From Bugula neritina (Eukaryota; Animalia; Bryozoa): a DNA stretch of 64,000 nucleotides. Positions 51,957 through 64,000 of this stretch are shown here, piece by piece; position 1 is the stretch's first letter, and each line of letters begins with the position of its first letter. The stretch covers positions 1,736,001-1,800,000 of the forward strand of contig OZ037769.1 in NCBI GenBank assembly GCA_964035545.1, written 5' to 3'. The position numbers and the translations under genes are program-made. The notes beneath the pieces were generated by a model that saw only the letters and a list, made by a program, of their open reading frames with translations, was not told the origin of the DNA and did not search any database.

Positions 51957-54900
51957 CAGAGTGAAGATAGTTGTCCAGCACACCCACCCACGTAGTGACA
52001 ATCATCATTCATCTCTTTGATCTCAAAATTAATAATTAATTGAATTTAAATAATTTTAGGTTCGTTTCATCTTGTGCCATCATTGCATACAAATTTATGG
52101 ACTGGTATTGGAGCTTAATCTCTCTCTTGACCAACTTTGCTGAAATGCATATTAAGTAACAGATGCTTAGAGTGCTACATAACTCAGTTTTGTAACACTA
52201 AAAGTGCAGGAAACGCTAGTAACACATGGAGTATTGTGTCTATGGTCTTTCCTTACTGCATGCGAGATGCTGAATTAATTCATAAAATATTTAGTATGTC
52301 TAACATTTTTGCTAATAACTTTAGTCTGTTAGGGGCGATGTCTGAGCCCCTCAAACTTGACAGCAGAAAGAATTTAACTTCCTATAACGAAGGCGTAATG
52401 CTCATCAGCTGTGGGGTCAACATGTGTCTTTTAGCTCCATGAAAGGAGGACTTGTGCTGTTTCTTATTCGAATATGTATTGAGTTTCATTGTTTCATCCC
52501 GGATACTATTGTGTCATGCGCGGCTTCTCTCCGCCTGCATCATATCAAATGGATAGCCTTAGCTCTGCTATGACACAACTTGTTGCATATACTTATGAAT
52601 ATAAGCTGTAGAAGTGCAAGAACACAAGCTACGTGTGAGTTGATAGACTGTAGCAGTGATAATGAATACTTGTAACAGACTGAAGACAGTTTCTACTTAT
52701 ATAAGTATAGTGATTGTCAGATAATTACTTGTTATTCATGTTATAGTCTTTGTCTATCTCCTTCAATCAGTTGAAGATTAATCAGTGATTTTGAAAATAT
52801 ATATAATTACGCGTGACATTAAATTATCCAACAGTGAAGCTTGGAGGAAATGAATGGTGTGATACTCAGTATGAGTAAGTGACACTATCTATTCAGTATT
52901 CAGTATGCCGTATCTGTTTTATTACTTTATTATGGTCTAGTATTGAGATTTGATGTTCAACAGCTGACTGCTTAAAGCTGGCATTCGGTTGGTTGACACA
53001 CTTCAGAGTTCATTGAGCATTGAATCATGTGACTACAAGCCTTGCTGATTCCTTAATGACAGTTCAGTGATAGCCTCGGCGTGGAGGCTTGTGCTAGACA
53101 TTAACAGAGCTGGAGCCTTCCAGGACGGTGTAAACTAACAGCAGCGCTCAAAGCAGCAGGTAAAAAGGTTAAGAGAAATGGTAATAGTTAGTTAGTGTCT
53201 CAGTAAAAGTTTGGTAATGGCAGCTTATGCTATAAGCGTTGAAACTTTTCAACAGTTTAAATCTACAGTGTTTTTCTTAACTTAACTCATTCGCTGCAGC
53301 TGCTTCATGTTCTAACACTGCAGTAACTCTTGTAGTTCTAAATACACTTTTAGCAGTTAAAGAAAACTTTTTACACATTTTTAACGTTTAAATTAGCTGT
53401 TAATAGGTAGTCAAAGATTAACATACCAACTTCAGCAAATATTAAAAAGTATTTTTTAAATCTGCTTAGTTAATAATTAGGTCTTAGAGCTTTTTACTAG
53501 GTTTCAGCTATATCCTATAGCTGCAGTAAAGGCTGTGTATGTAACTGAAATACAATCAGAATCCTAAGATATCAGTTGCAAGTATTTATCTAGGTCATTT
53601 CTGTGCTACAATGTACTGTATACTTTTATAATATCTTGTGCTCTTCTAACAGTTCATTCATCTTCTATACTTCTATACTTCTATACTATACTTGTTGCTT
53701 GCTGAAGAGGGGGTCTGCCTGCCCCTCTCTCCCTCTCTTTGTATCCACTTCCTCTTTCTCTGTATTCACTCACTTCCTTCTCCATGAGGATATTTCACCA
53801 GTAAGCTGACCAATGTATGGTTAATGACAGAATAAGTATAACCTAGCTATATGCAGGTGTCTTTATTCAATATGGGTATCCTTTTATAGAAGGCCTTTCT
53901 CCAAGTCTTAAATGTCATGAAAAATATATATAACTAACTTGGCAAATTGACCAACTACCACCTTATAATAAACTTCTCGTAGCTACATAGTATATTAAAA
54001 TATTGAAAGGTTTTTAATGGGCTAGCTGTTAGTGGTTTATTAATCAGCAAAGAAGAGCTATACTTGATTACGAACATAATTAAACTTACTTTTTACTAGC
54101 TGCTGAATTTTTACATGAAATTTAATTGAAAGCTGCTGTTGGTTGCCTGTCCTGTATCAATCATATCTTGTCACATTTTATGGCCTTAATTTATACTGTT
54201 TGAAGTATAGCACTTCACCTTCTCAACATGTATCGAAAGATTAATATGCAATACTAAATATCATATTTTTTATCATCATATATATTAGATTTCATCATAT
54301 CTTGATTATTTTTATCATATCATATGTAGGCCTATTACATATAATTATATGATATAATATATTATATTGTATCATACATACCTTTTGCAGTTCTAGAATA
54401 AATTGTCAATCAAGCTCCCTGTAGATGTACAGAAAGTGTAATATTTATAATATGCTATACTCTATATTTTAGCTGAACTCGGACATTTTTGAGTAATTTA
54501 TTGCATTCTTTAGCCTGATGTTTCCTTATTGTAGATATCCTACTAAATTCCTGCACTAATACCATGTTGAATAAAACCCCAGGGCACATGCTCATGCAAA
54601 TTTTTAATCATTTGAGTTGAAACCAAAATCCAAGCATTAGCTGCTATTAATGAGTCCACAATAGCTACTGGTTTCACTGCTATTCCTATTTCACGCTATA
54701 ATACAGGCTAATAAGTGTAGCATAGTATTTTTAACTTTCAGTTTCACTAAAGTAAAGTGCGGAACTGGGACTTATTTGAGCAACAAGACCTGAGAGATTG
54801 TAAAACAAAGCTGCCAGACTCCAAATCCAACCAATCAATAATCCGCAATTCAGCTGCTACCTTAACAAGCTCATTAACTGTAGTAGCTGTCCAGAAGTTT

Positions 54901-55047
54901 TATGGTAAATCTACCAAAGTTTATCTAATTTGGAGTGAGTTTGTCTATCAAGAATCGGGGACATGAAGTTGAAGCTCTTCAAGTTCATACGTTTGATGAG
55001 ATAGTCTAACTACAAGGTAATTTAACTGCTCTACGGGTTCGTTATTC

Positions 55048-55240
55048 TACACAGCGTGAAATTTGCTAAAAGCAACCCCGAGTTGAGAGTAACTGAGTGC
55101 AGTGCTAGTTTGGTGTCTCCAGTTTGGAGTTGAGAGTTCAAAGCTTCAGCATAAACCCTCAGCTCTAAGCTCAAAAGCCCCAAACTACTGCACTCAGTCA
55201 ACCCCAACTTGGAGCTGTTAATAGCAATTTTCACACGGTA
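55048..55240. mobile_element. Degenerate hairpin MITE-like element (~190 bp)
   Basis: Left GTGAAATTTGCTA..GAGTTGAGAGTAACTGAGTGCAGT..AGTTTGG pairs with right CCAAACTACTGCACTCAGTCAACCCCAACTTGG..TAGCAATTTTCAC; TSD unclear. Confidence 0.65.
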
Positions 55241-56249
55241 CACGGCTTAATAGAACATACAAGCTCTTTTACAAAAATTGAAATGTCAACTTTGTGATTT
55301 CAGTGTTTTATGGGCATTATTTAATACATACTTGCTATAGAGCAAGAGTTATGTTTTATCGAGACTTTAGATTTCCAAATATTATATGTCTAAAAGGTTA
55401 AAGTTAGATACTTTTTCTGCAAGAATATTAAAAGCTTAACGTATTGCAAGTACAGTATAAATTGCTCAAATATTTTGTTAATATGTTTATAGAGATGAGG
55501 CATGTGAAATAAATCTAAATTCAGTCAAGTGGAAATACTTTTAGTAATCATAAAACATGTCTTTGCCATTCCTATTACAAAGACATGCCTCTACATAATC
55601 ATATCATCATGATATTTGACACGTTGCATTGTTCCCAACTGCCAACTTTTTACTCCCGGCATGTTTCAGCGAAAAGTTGACATGAGCCTGAGCTACATTA
55701 TGATTCAATGCATCATGGCTTATGACAGGAAAAATGGATGGAAACTGGGTAATACACACTGAACTAATAGGATGTGATGCGACTCTAATATCGTTAAAGA
55801 TGAGTGCATCAACTTGAACACAATTAAATATAAATACTTTGCAGTATAGTTGCCAAGGCACTAATGGTTGTATAGCTTGTATTTCAAGAGCCCAGTTGCT
55901 GATAAAATATCGTGTCATTGTGTTAGTAGATCACCTGTTTGGGGTAGTCGGTAGAATGACAGCTGATATCAGGTTGTAAATCTGTAGTCTCAAGAGTGCC
56001 ACTCCAATCTCAGGTATTTTTAGCAAAGTTAGTCATAAAAATAGTTATCGTCTATTAGAACAATAGGATTAATGCAATACGTATTTTAATTGCATTTTAT
56101 GTAATATAATTATTAAAGCCGATATAGTTTTAACAATACACCGTAAACAATGGGCTGATTTTATCATCGGTGACTTTTCATTTTTCTAGTCAATGATTCT
56201 TGTACCATGTCTAATAACTGTGTAGAATTACATTCTCGTCAAACAGTCT

Positions 56250-56314
56250 AGGGGTGCAGGGGGTGCAAGGAGTGCAGGGGTGCAAGGAGTGCAGGGGGTG
56301 CAAGGAGTGCAGGG
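56250..56314. repeat. G-rich repeat GGGGTGCAAGGAGTGCA (~3.5 copies)
   Basis: Direct reading. Confidence 0.85.
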
Positions 56315-57318
56315 CAAACTATCATGAAAGAAGATGCTAGCACATTCATATACATAAGTAAGTATTTTATACCAGTGCTATAATTATATAGCATTGCAAT
56401 TACAAGCTTATATTGTCTTAAATTTCTATACTAATACAGCACAATATACTAACACAACATAATATGCTAATACATCATACATAAAACTGTTAGAGATAAT
56501 ATTATTTCAAGGGGCAACAATTCCCATTTGTTTAGCTAGATGTTTGTTGATCCATGTTGTAAAATAGTACAATACTTCATTAACTTTATAACAATATTAG
56601 TTTCTTGCATTTAAAGCTCTTAATATAAAGCTTCTATCTTGTTATGATATAATATGCTAGGCCTTTATTATAGCATAAAACTTTGACTAAGTACAGTCAT
56701 TGCATGCGTAGTTTATTTTTATACATATAACTGTTTAGCATCAGGTTAAACATTTAATTTTTCTATTATACTAATATAATAGTTTTAATTTTACTATATA
56801 AATTTCATTTTTTGAATTCAGACAACTCCAAACCTTATTTTGCTAAAAATTACGTTTGCTGTAACTTTGGAATGACAACTCCCATACATTAAGATGGATT
56901 GTAGAAATAAACGGCTCACATGCATCCACATGCCAATAGATGCCATTAATTCTCTTCTTGTCCAGTCAGAAACTTTTACCATGTGACACCAGCATTACTA
57001 AACATCAGAAGCAGTAATAGTTTGACAGGTGTCGGCAAGTGTGGGTTCCCCTAGAAAAGTCCAGGTAGGTGTCATTCCTGACTAGATTAACCTGCATTCT
57101 ACTGTCACTGTATTCTATTGTCTATAGATGTCACACAGCTGCTGTCACTACGCAGCACTACCTCCAGTTGTCATATTTCATTAAGAGTACCTGCAACTGC
57201 TGTCACCACAGATGATTATCTACTAGAGATGAATAAAACCATCTTTGGTTATCTAGCTGTATGAGTATGTGCAATGTCATCATAAAGCTAGGTTACCAAG
57301 GTAGGGTGAATTCATGAG

Positions 57319-57421
57319 CTGCTACAACTGCTGCCCCTACTACTACTGTGCTGCCTCTACAACTGCTACTGCTGCTGCTGCTGCCTCTACTACTGCTGCC
57401 TCTACTATTGCTGCTGCTGCC
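57319..57421. repeat. Degenerate (CTG/CTA) trinucleotide repeat
   Basis: Direct reading. Confidence 0.75.
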
Positions 57422-57872
57422 AATTATATAACTTCACAGTCTATAATTATACACAGTATATTTCTACTGCACATGGTGTTATCATATTGACCAGTAAAAG
57501 AAAACAACTCCTTCGAAAGCAATTTACCATTGAAATCTCACTTAAATTAAAAATGAAATAAAAACAGCTGTAACTCAATTTCTTGCTATATCTAATTGCT
57601 TCATCTAATAGATGAGCTAGTATAATGTTACGAAGAACTTTATTCTTAAAAATAATCATCACCTTGTATGTAAAAATATAATAATCACACTATGCTACTC
57701 TGTTACACTGAATGTACACTATTTACAATAATTATTAAATGCACAAAATAAAAATATTTTATTATAGACACTGAAATTTTGGCATTTGCTTTCTGCAAAG
57801 CTACTGTTACTAAAGTATATTATATGACAAATTTACAAAAAGTTATGTTTTCAAGTTTCAACAGGAATGACT

Positions 57873-59452
57873 TCAATATTGTAAAGTGTTGAGGTTAACT
57901 GTTTTTATTAGCCTATGATCTAAGTAAACACTTTCTTGAGCTTCATCTAAACTACTTCTAAAAGCAAAGGGGTATATTCTATGTAGTAGCCTACAGTCTA
58001 TGGTAGTTATGTTCTCTTTGTGTAGAGATTTCTGCCTTTGATGGTCATAAGCTCTCGTTTCACACTCAGATATGTCATAATTTTGATTTAGAATTTTCTC
58101 CGTATTTTTTGGTGTTTTTAAGTTTAGTTTCCCAAAAGGCCTTCGTTTTAGAGGAAGTACATCGGCTTTGTCGTACAAGAAGGTTTTGGAAAAGTTTGGG
58201 TCCATATCAAATAAATGAGTTCCATTATCACCAAAAAAGCAGACGTCAATATACGGCCATTTCCAGAAATAACCAGGTATATCAGTAGCGTTGTTGCTGT
58301 AGAATTTATACCTGTTCAGGGTTCTTATATTCAGTGTGTATCCTGATATGTTTATACTTTCGATACTTCGCCAGTCTGATATATTCACTATGATATCGAT
58401 ATCATCATCCCAAGGTATGATGTCATGATGCCGCCATGAGCCAATCAGGGAGCCTCCATACAAGAAGTACTCAATACCGGCATTGTCTAAAGCATCGGTT
58501 AATACTTTTAGTGAGTCTATTATCTGTGTTTTAGTTTGAGTGTTAAAGAAAGGTTTAAATATCTTTCGTAGCTTTTTTACGCCAAAGCTCTTGAGTTTGG
58601 ATTTGTCTTCTTCTGAAAGCAAATGTCTCCCAGGTTGAGACTGTCCAATAGACTGCAACGATTTAGCCGAGTCAAGCTTCTGGTCTTTCTAGAAAATTCA
58701 CCAAAACAATGCATAAAACCTTTAGCTGCATTCACACTTTACAATTTATTAGGACTCGGCAACGATTATAAAAAAGTTTCCAACATACAGTGTACATATA
58801 TTGTAGAACTTTGAGCCTGTGACTGTAGAAAATCAATTGATAGGCTACGCTTCGGTCTGAGTGATTATTTATCATATATTTATTTTTTGCTCAACCAAAT
58901 TGGTAAAGTTATTTGATTTGCCATATTTTTAATATTTCATAGCATCCGTCTTCAAGCAGCATACGTAGTAATAGATTGAAGTTGTCTACTCATATCAAAA
59001 AGTTGCACACCTCACCAGCGTAGGTAAAACAATGTGAGCTTTGGTAAAACATATGTTATAAATTAAATGATGTATCTTTATTAACGTTTGTTGGCTCAAT
59101 TGAGATTTTATAGATTACTCAAAATTTATTATTTGTGGTCACTGTAACTTTACCAATAGAAAAATATTTAGTTTAGGTTTAAAGTTAAAAAACAAGTTCC
59201 TTAAGTATGATGTTTCAATTTTCAATTATTTGTTCAATTGTTCTAACTTCTTTTAAACTACATTATAACAAATGTAGCAACTTGATCAGCTGGAAAACCA
59301 GGTCACGGACTGCAACCTGTGTAAATGTTCCTATAAATGTAACTGAATGCTTGATGAGTTTGTTTATACAAGCACTGCTTAGTTTATATAATAGGTCTTG
59401 GGGCTGACAAGTAAATTAAACAAATCAGGACAATTTTAGGTCAGTTCTTTTT

Positions 59453-59535
<83 letters not shown>

Positions 59536-59747
59536 GGCAGAGGAAGAGGGAGGGGGAGGGGGAGGGGGAGGGGGAGGGGGAGGGAGAGAGAGAGAGATAA
59601 ATAATATTATACTAGACTTACTGCAGCTGAAACTAGAAGCTCATGTTCACCCTGAGTCTGCCACAAATCAGATTGATAGAGCTGCATCCACAGTAACAGG
59701 CTGACTCCAGTGAAAGCTGCCAAGGTGTTTCTCAGACTTGGTGCCAT
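57873..59747 (-). CDS. LicD/fukutin-related (FKRP-like) phosphotransferase, type II membrane protein, 2 coding exons, ~313 aa
   Basis: Exons (minus) 59747-59622 (MAPSLRNTLAAFTGVSLLLWMQLY.., signal anchor, phase-0 GTAAGT donor) and 58688-57873. LicD motif YFLYGGSLIGSWRHHDIIPWDDDIDI, plus WPYIDVCFF, DVLPLKRRPFG...L.TP and L.QNY. Confidence 0.88.
59457..59597. repeat. (AG)n microsatellite with a (GGGGGA)n purine tract
   Basis: Direct reading, in the LicD gene intron. Confidence 0.95.
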
Positions 59748-62238
59748 TCTACCTGCTAACAACACAACAAATACTATATACTGCATATTATATTATAATT
59801 ATAACAATAGCTTACTATAGCTATCACCAGTAGAATCGTAATAATAGAAGTGAAATGAGTGCAAGTCTAATAAAAAACATAATAATAATATATAGAAGTA
59901 TTACTATTATTAATTGTACCTTTAAAACTGTTTCAATATTTAAAACGTTGAGAAAAACAGACTACTCAGTCCTAATTACAACATAACATTCACCAAACTT
60001 CAAATCCTCAGTCAGTAGAGAATACTGAAACCTGTTGAGCTATAAAGTTGCTAACTCTTTCAGAATGTTGCAGACGTTGTGAAGTGTTGAAGCACTGACG
60101 TACTTTCATTTGTAAGCGTTAGTACTCTTTTGCATTAGCCTAAGCTTTTAATTCTGTCATGTATTTACACGTGGTGTTACCAATATTCTACAAGCAATGT
60201 TGAGAGTAGATCACGAGCTAAAAGCTGTCAATATTTATTATCCTTGCGGTTTTCCCAGTTGATTTGATGTCAACTTCTAATTAGCTTATCTAATGGGAGT
60301 TTAATGTCCATTAAAGTGCTTTCTGTTGCATAGCTTACCATAATATGCCAGTGTTACTGCTACATTGAGCTCTAAAAGCAGTAACTGCATATAATACACA
60401 TTAAGTTACTGTGACATGTAGACATCAGTTATATGCAGGCCAGAAAGAAGTAGAAGTTAGAAAACCTTGATGCTGAAATGTTCAACCAAAAGTTGGAAAT
60501 TTTATTTCAGAGCCGAATGTTTTATGTGAGATATGTATTTTTTCTAAAATAAAATGATAAAGAACAAATTTAGAATAAAGCTAAGCCTGCAAGATTTTGT
60601 TAAATAACTGTTCGGTTAGATTGTTCCAAATTTCCTAAAAAGGCTGAAATCTACAGACACACAAGTTTTATCCTACGAATGGAAGCAGTCACTATTGAGT
60701 GTAGAAGAAATTCAAAAGGTTGAATAAGTTTAAATAATTGTAAATAGAATTTGAGTTTCATAAATACTTTAACTGCTCAAAATAAAGTTTCCCTAAAGAC
60801 AGGTTTAAATCATTATAATCTCATGCCTTCATCATCAACTAAGATTTTCCATTTTGGTCTGAGTTATGGAGACATGTGTATTTGCAGTTTATGTAGCTCG
60901 TGTAGTGTGCATGGTGCTAGTCTAATAAAATAAATATTCTCTAATTGAACACAAATGACTTTATACATTAGTTTGGCAGCATACCAGCAGAAAGTCAGCA
61001 TGGGTAGTGACACATGACACCTTAACTAGCAAACCTCCCAGTGTGTGCTAGATGAGTTACAGTTTTATATTTCGTACCCTAGATATGAGTCTAGTGCAAC
61101 TGATATGTCTTTATATATCTACATACACTATATACTATACAACTATACAATGTAAATAAAGTATGTACTATATATACCATATATTTTAGAGAGTAGATCT
61201 TATGCACTTTATTATTCACATTATTATGTGCCCAGATATTAGAAGACTAGTGTCTGAACTCAAAGATGCACTGGCCCTAGCAGAAATTATCTGTAAGACA
61301 GAATGTCAAACCCAATGCTGCAAAGTGACTAACGCTGCTAAACACAAAACTGCATGGATGACTCATTAGGGGTGATTCAGTCATAAAACTCATCTCAAAA
61401 GATTGGCAGCAATAAATAAAACTCAATCTCAAAAGATCTAGACAGCAGTAAATGTGACATTTGTAAGCTGTCACTGTCAAAGTCATTAAATTTAATGTCA
61501 TTCGCCTCATAGCTTATAGCTGAACATCGTATTAAACCACAGTAAATGTTTGTTACAGAAAGTAATGAGAAAACCCATGCAGTTTGGTAGACAAGTTCAG
61601 ACAGGTCCTTGTGTACCCTCTCGATCTCAACACTTGCATTATAAATTGTGTATTTTATTTTAACTTGTATACAAAGTTTTCCATTATCTGTACCAGTTTC
61701 TAGTAAAATAAATGTAACCATTATATGAAGAGTTGTTCAATATTGACACCAACTGGGAATGTTGTCTATTATCTTTATTATATTATGCAGCCACTAACAT
61801 TTCCTTTTGAAAAAATTAATAAAATAACACAATTTATTCATGCAGTATTCATAGCCAATAAATACTTGAAAAAATTTTTGTGGATAAATTTGATGTTTTC
61901 AGTTTCGCAAAATTATCCTTTGCATACTCATGACTCATGGCCCATAGCTGTGTGTGGCTGTTCATTTCAATTTGAAAGGTTTAGTTAATGCTTATCAAAT
62001 ACCTTGTACCATAATTTATTATTTAAATCAAATAAATTTTTATGCATCCAAATAATCACCGCACTAAAAATCAGGTTCAGATGGAACCTCCCCAATACCA
62101 CATCTCAGCATCATAGAAAATGTCCAGCTGCAAATACAAACTGCTGTACCCTGAAGTTTACCTATAGGCCAATATTAAAACTGTAAGGAACTTGAAGCTC
62201 TGCTGTGAAAATACAAACTTTGCAATTGGAAAAACTTT

Positions 62239-62309
62239 TGCCGCAACCAGGATTCGTACCCAAGACTTCTAACTTGCAAGCTGCCTTGCTAACCAATACA
62301 CTATGGGGG
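62239..62309 (-). mobile_element. tRNA-derived SINE head or decayed tRNA pseudogene
   Basis: Minus strand CCCCCATAGTGTATTGGTTAGCAAGGCAGCTTGCAAGTTAGAAGTCTTGGGTACGAATCCTGGTTGCGGCA: A-box-like TAGTGTATTGG and B-box-like GGTACGAATCC at tRNA spacing; the stems pair poorly. Confidence 0.5.
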
Positions 62310-64000
62310 TTACTGGAGAAACATAGCTCTGCAGTAAAGTGTAAAGGGTGAATCGAGATTTCAAAAGAAAAATGTGAAAAGTTGTATAAAATTAAATAAA
62401 GTAATTCCTACTTACCAAGCATGAGGTGTGTACAACTACTAGTACTCCATTCCACAGTTCATACAGTGCTGACGTATGTAGTCCAAATAATATGCTGCCA
62501 GTATTTAACTAATCTCTTATGATTATGTTTTCAATATACAAGCCGAGGTCATGTTTCATGAGAAAATATTAGCAGGGAGTATAAGCACACCTGTTTTGAG
62601 TTGTCTGTGGGCTGTGGCTGGTTAACTCTTAGACTGTGAGTTTAACACACTGCAGTATAGAAGTAGGAAGGGGCGGTTTACGTCCACCCGTACATAGAAG
62701 TATGGGTGGATCTAAGGCTGATGTTAAGTGAAAACACTGGCAGAGGCTGCCAAATCCTGACCAATCACAGTCGTGGGAAATTTGAAGCTATAATATGCCC
62801 TGTTTTTGCACTAATTCCACAGATAAGACAGAATATGTGCATGTGTAAAAATTTCTAACAAAGTTATATAGATGCTTCATAGAAGACAAAATATATTAAG
62901 AAAGAAGTTTAGGTTTAAAAGGTGATTAGATTATAGTGATGTTACATTAATTTCTCTAATATAATATTGTACTAGTTGTATAAACTTAGTTGTAATGTAA
63001 AAAGCATTGCATAATTTGTGGTTGGCAAATATAGATAATATGTACAATGGCATAGTAAAATAATTTGATATTATGAATTGAATATAGCATATATAGTCCA
63101 ATATAACATGATATTATATAAAGTTACACTGTGTGTTCTAAACCACAATATTAGATTTAACATAGACACACTACATGCCTATAGTGTGTCAAGAATGTAT
63201 ATTGAAATATATAACTCAGTGGTAATATAATATACCTGTTGTGGGAATATACAAATATTGCCAAAATATGAATCATTTTATGGTGGAAGCAGAGGCATCT
63301 ACCTTCGAGAGAAATACTATTCAATTCCGTGATTAAAGAGAGGAGATAATTGCTAATATCTGCCAACTTGCATCCATCTGAATAGTATAAGTAAACAATC
63401 ACAAATATAATATAATATAGGTAGAAATACTGTATACAATGTATAGATTAAAACAATCTATATATATTATATATAAACATCAACCTTGCAGGTTTTATTT
63501 AGTTATTTATTACGCAATTTTACACAAAATTTATCTTACTATTGTACTATAGATACCATGCTAACATATTATATTGATTTTATTTATTATCCAACACTAG
63601 AAATTAGAATTATTTGGTATGCAAGCAAAGTGCATATAGCCATATACTAAATGAAAGATGAGTTCGTATAGTGCAAGTACGTAGTGTAAGTGCATAGTGT
63701 ACATGCATAATATTATAGGTTTACATAGTCTTTAAAGTATAGTATATAAAATACAGTGTGAAAATTTAGAAAATTCAATTGCGACAACATTTTAGTTGTG
63801 CATATATATTCATAATATTATGCAATATTTGCACAAATAGATAAATAGCACATATTATACCTACTATATAGGCTACATAAAACGTGCATTATATTATATA
63901 CATGACCAGAATGTCTAGTGATAGGAAGTTTTTATAGGTGCATAAAAAGCATGTTTTGCTTTTACATTTTACATTTCAAGGGGAAGCTGCATGATACGGT

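Noticed and set aside
55607-55918. 103-aa minus-strand ORF
   Set aside because: No recognisable motif or convincing splice context.
58789-58822. 34-bp candidate middle exon of the LicD gene
   Set aside because: It would shift the frame between two phase-0 exons that already join cleanly.
62239-62309. Functional tRNA-Ala(TGC) gene
   Set aside because: The acceptor and anticodon stems pair poorly and the T-loop is mutated (GTAC for GTTC); kept only as a SINE or pseudogene.

Overview
AT-rich, compact, intron-rich eukaryotic (invertebrate animal) genomic DNA; a lophotrochozoan such as a bryozoan is my guess from gene content and style, but I cannot prove it. I assembled seven spliced protein-coding genes by hand, all with GT-AG sites and consistent reading frames: sFRP3/4 (FRZB-like, +), NDUFAF5 (+), a C22orf15/CXorf65-family gene (-), a 17-exon atypical soluble guanylate cyclase (+), a ~1670-aa secreted, probably GPI-anchored protein with two duplicated NHL-like domains and a mucin stalk (+), DDX43 (+) and a LicD/FKRP-family transferase (-). 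Mobile DNA comprises a complete non-autonomous MULE/foldback element with a 9-bp TSD, an RTE-clade LINE remnant, a degenerate MITE and a tRNA-derived SINE head. The most striking unexplained pattern is that minisatellites repeatedly duplicate splice junctions themselves (seven cases in three genes). In the cyclase gene, six perfect in-frame donors and six in-frame acceptors flank one PAS-domain exon, allowing up to 36 length isoforms. The cyclase keeps the heme His but has alpha-like, apparently half-dead catalytic residues. About 47.3-57.8 kb has no gene I could recognise.
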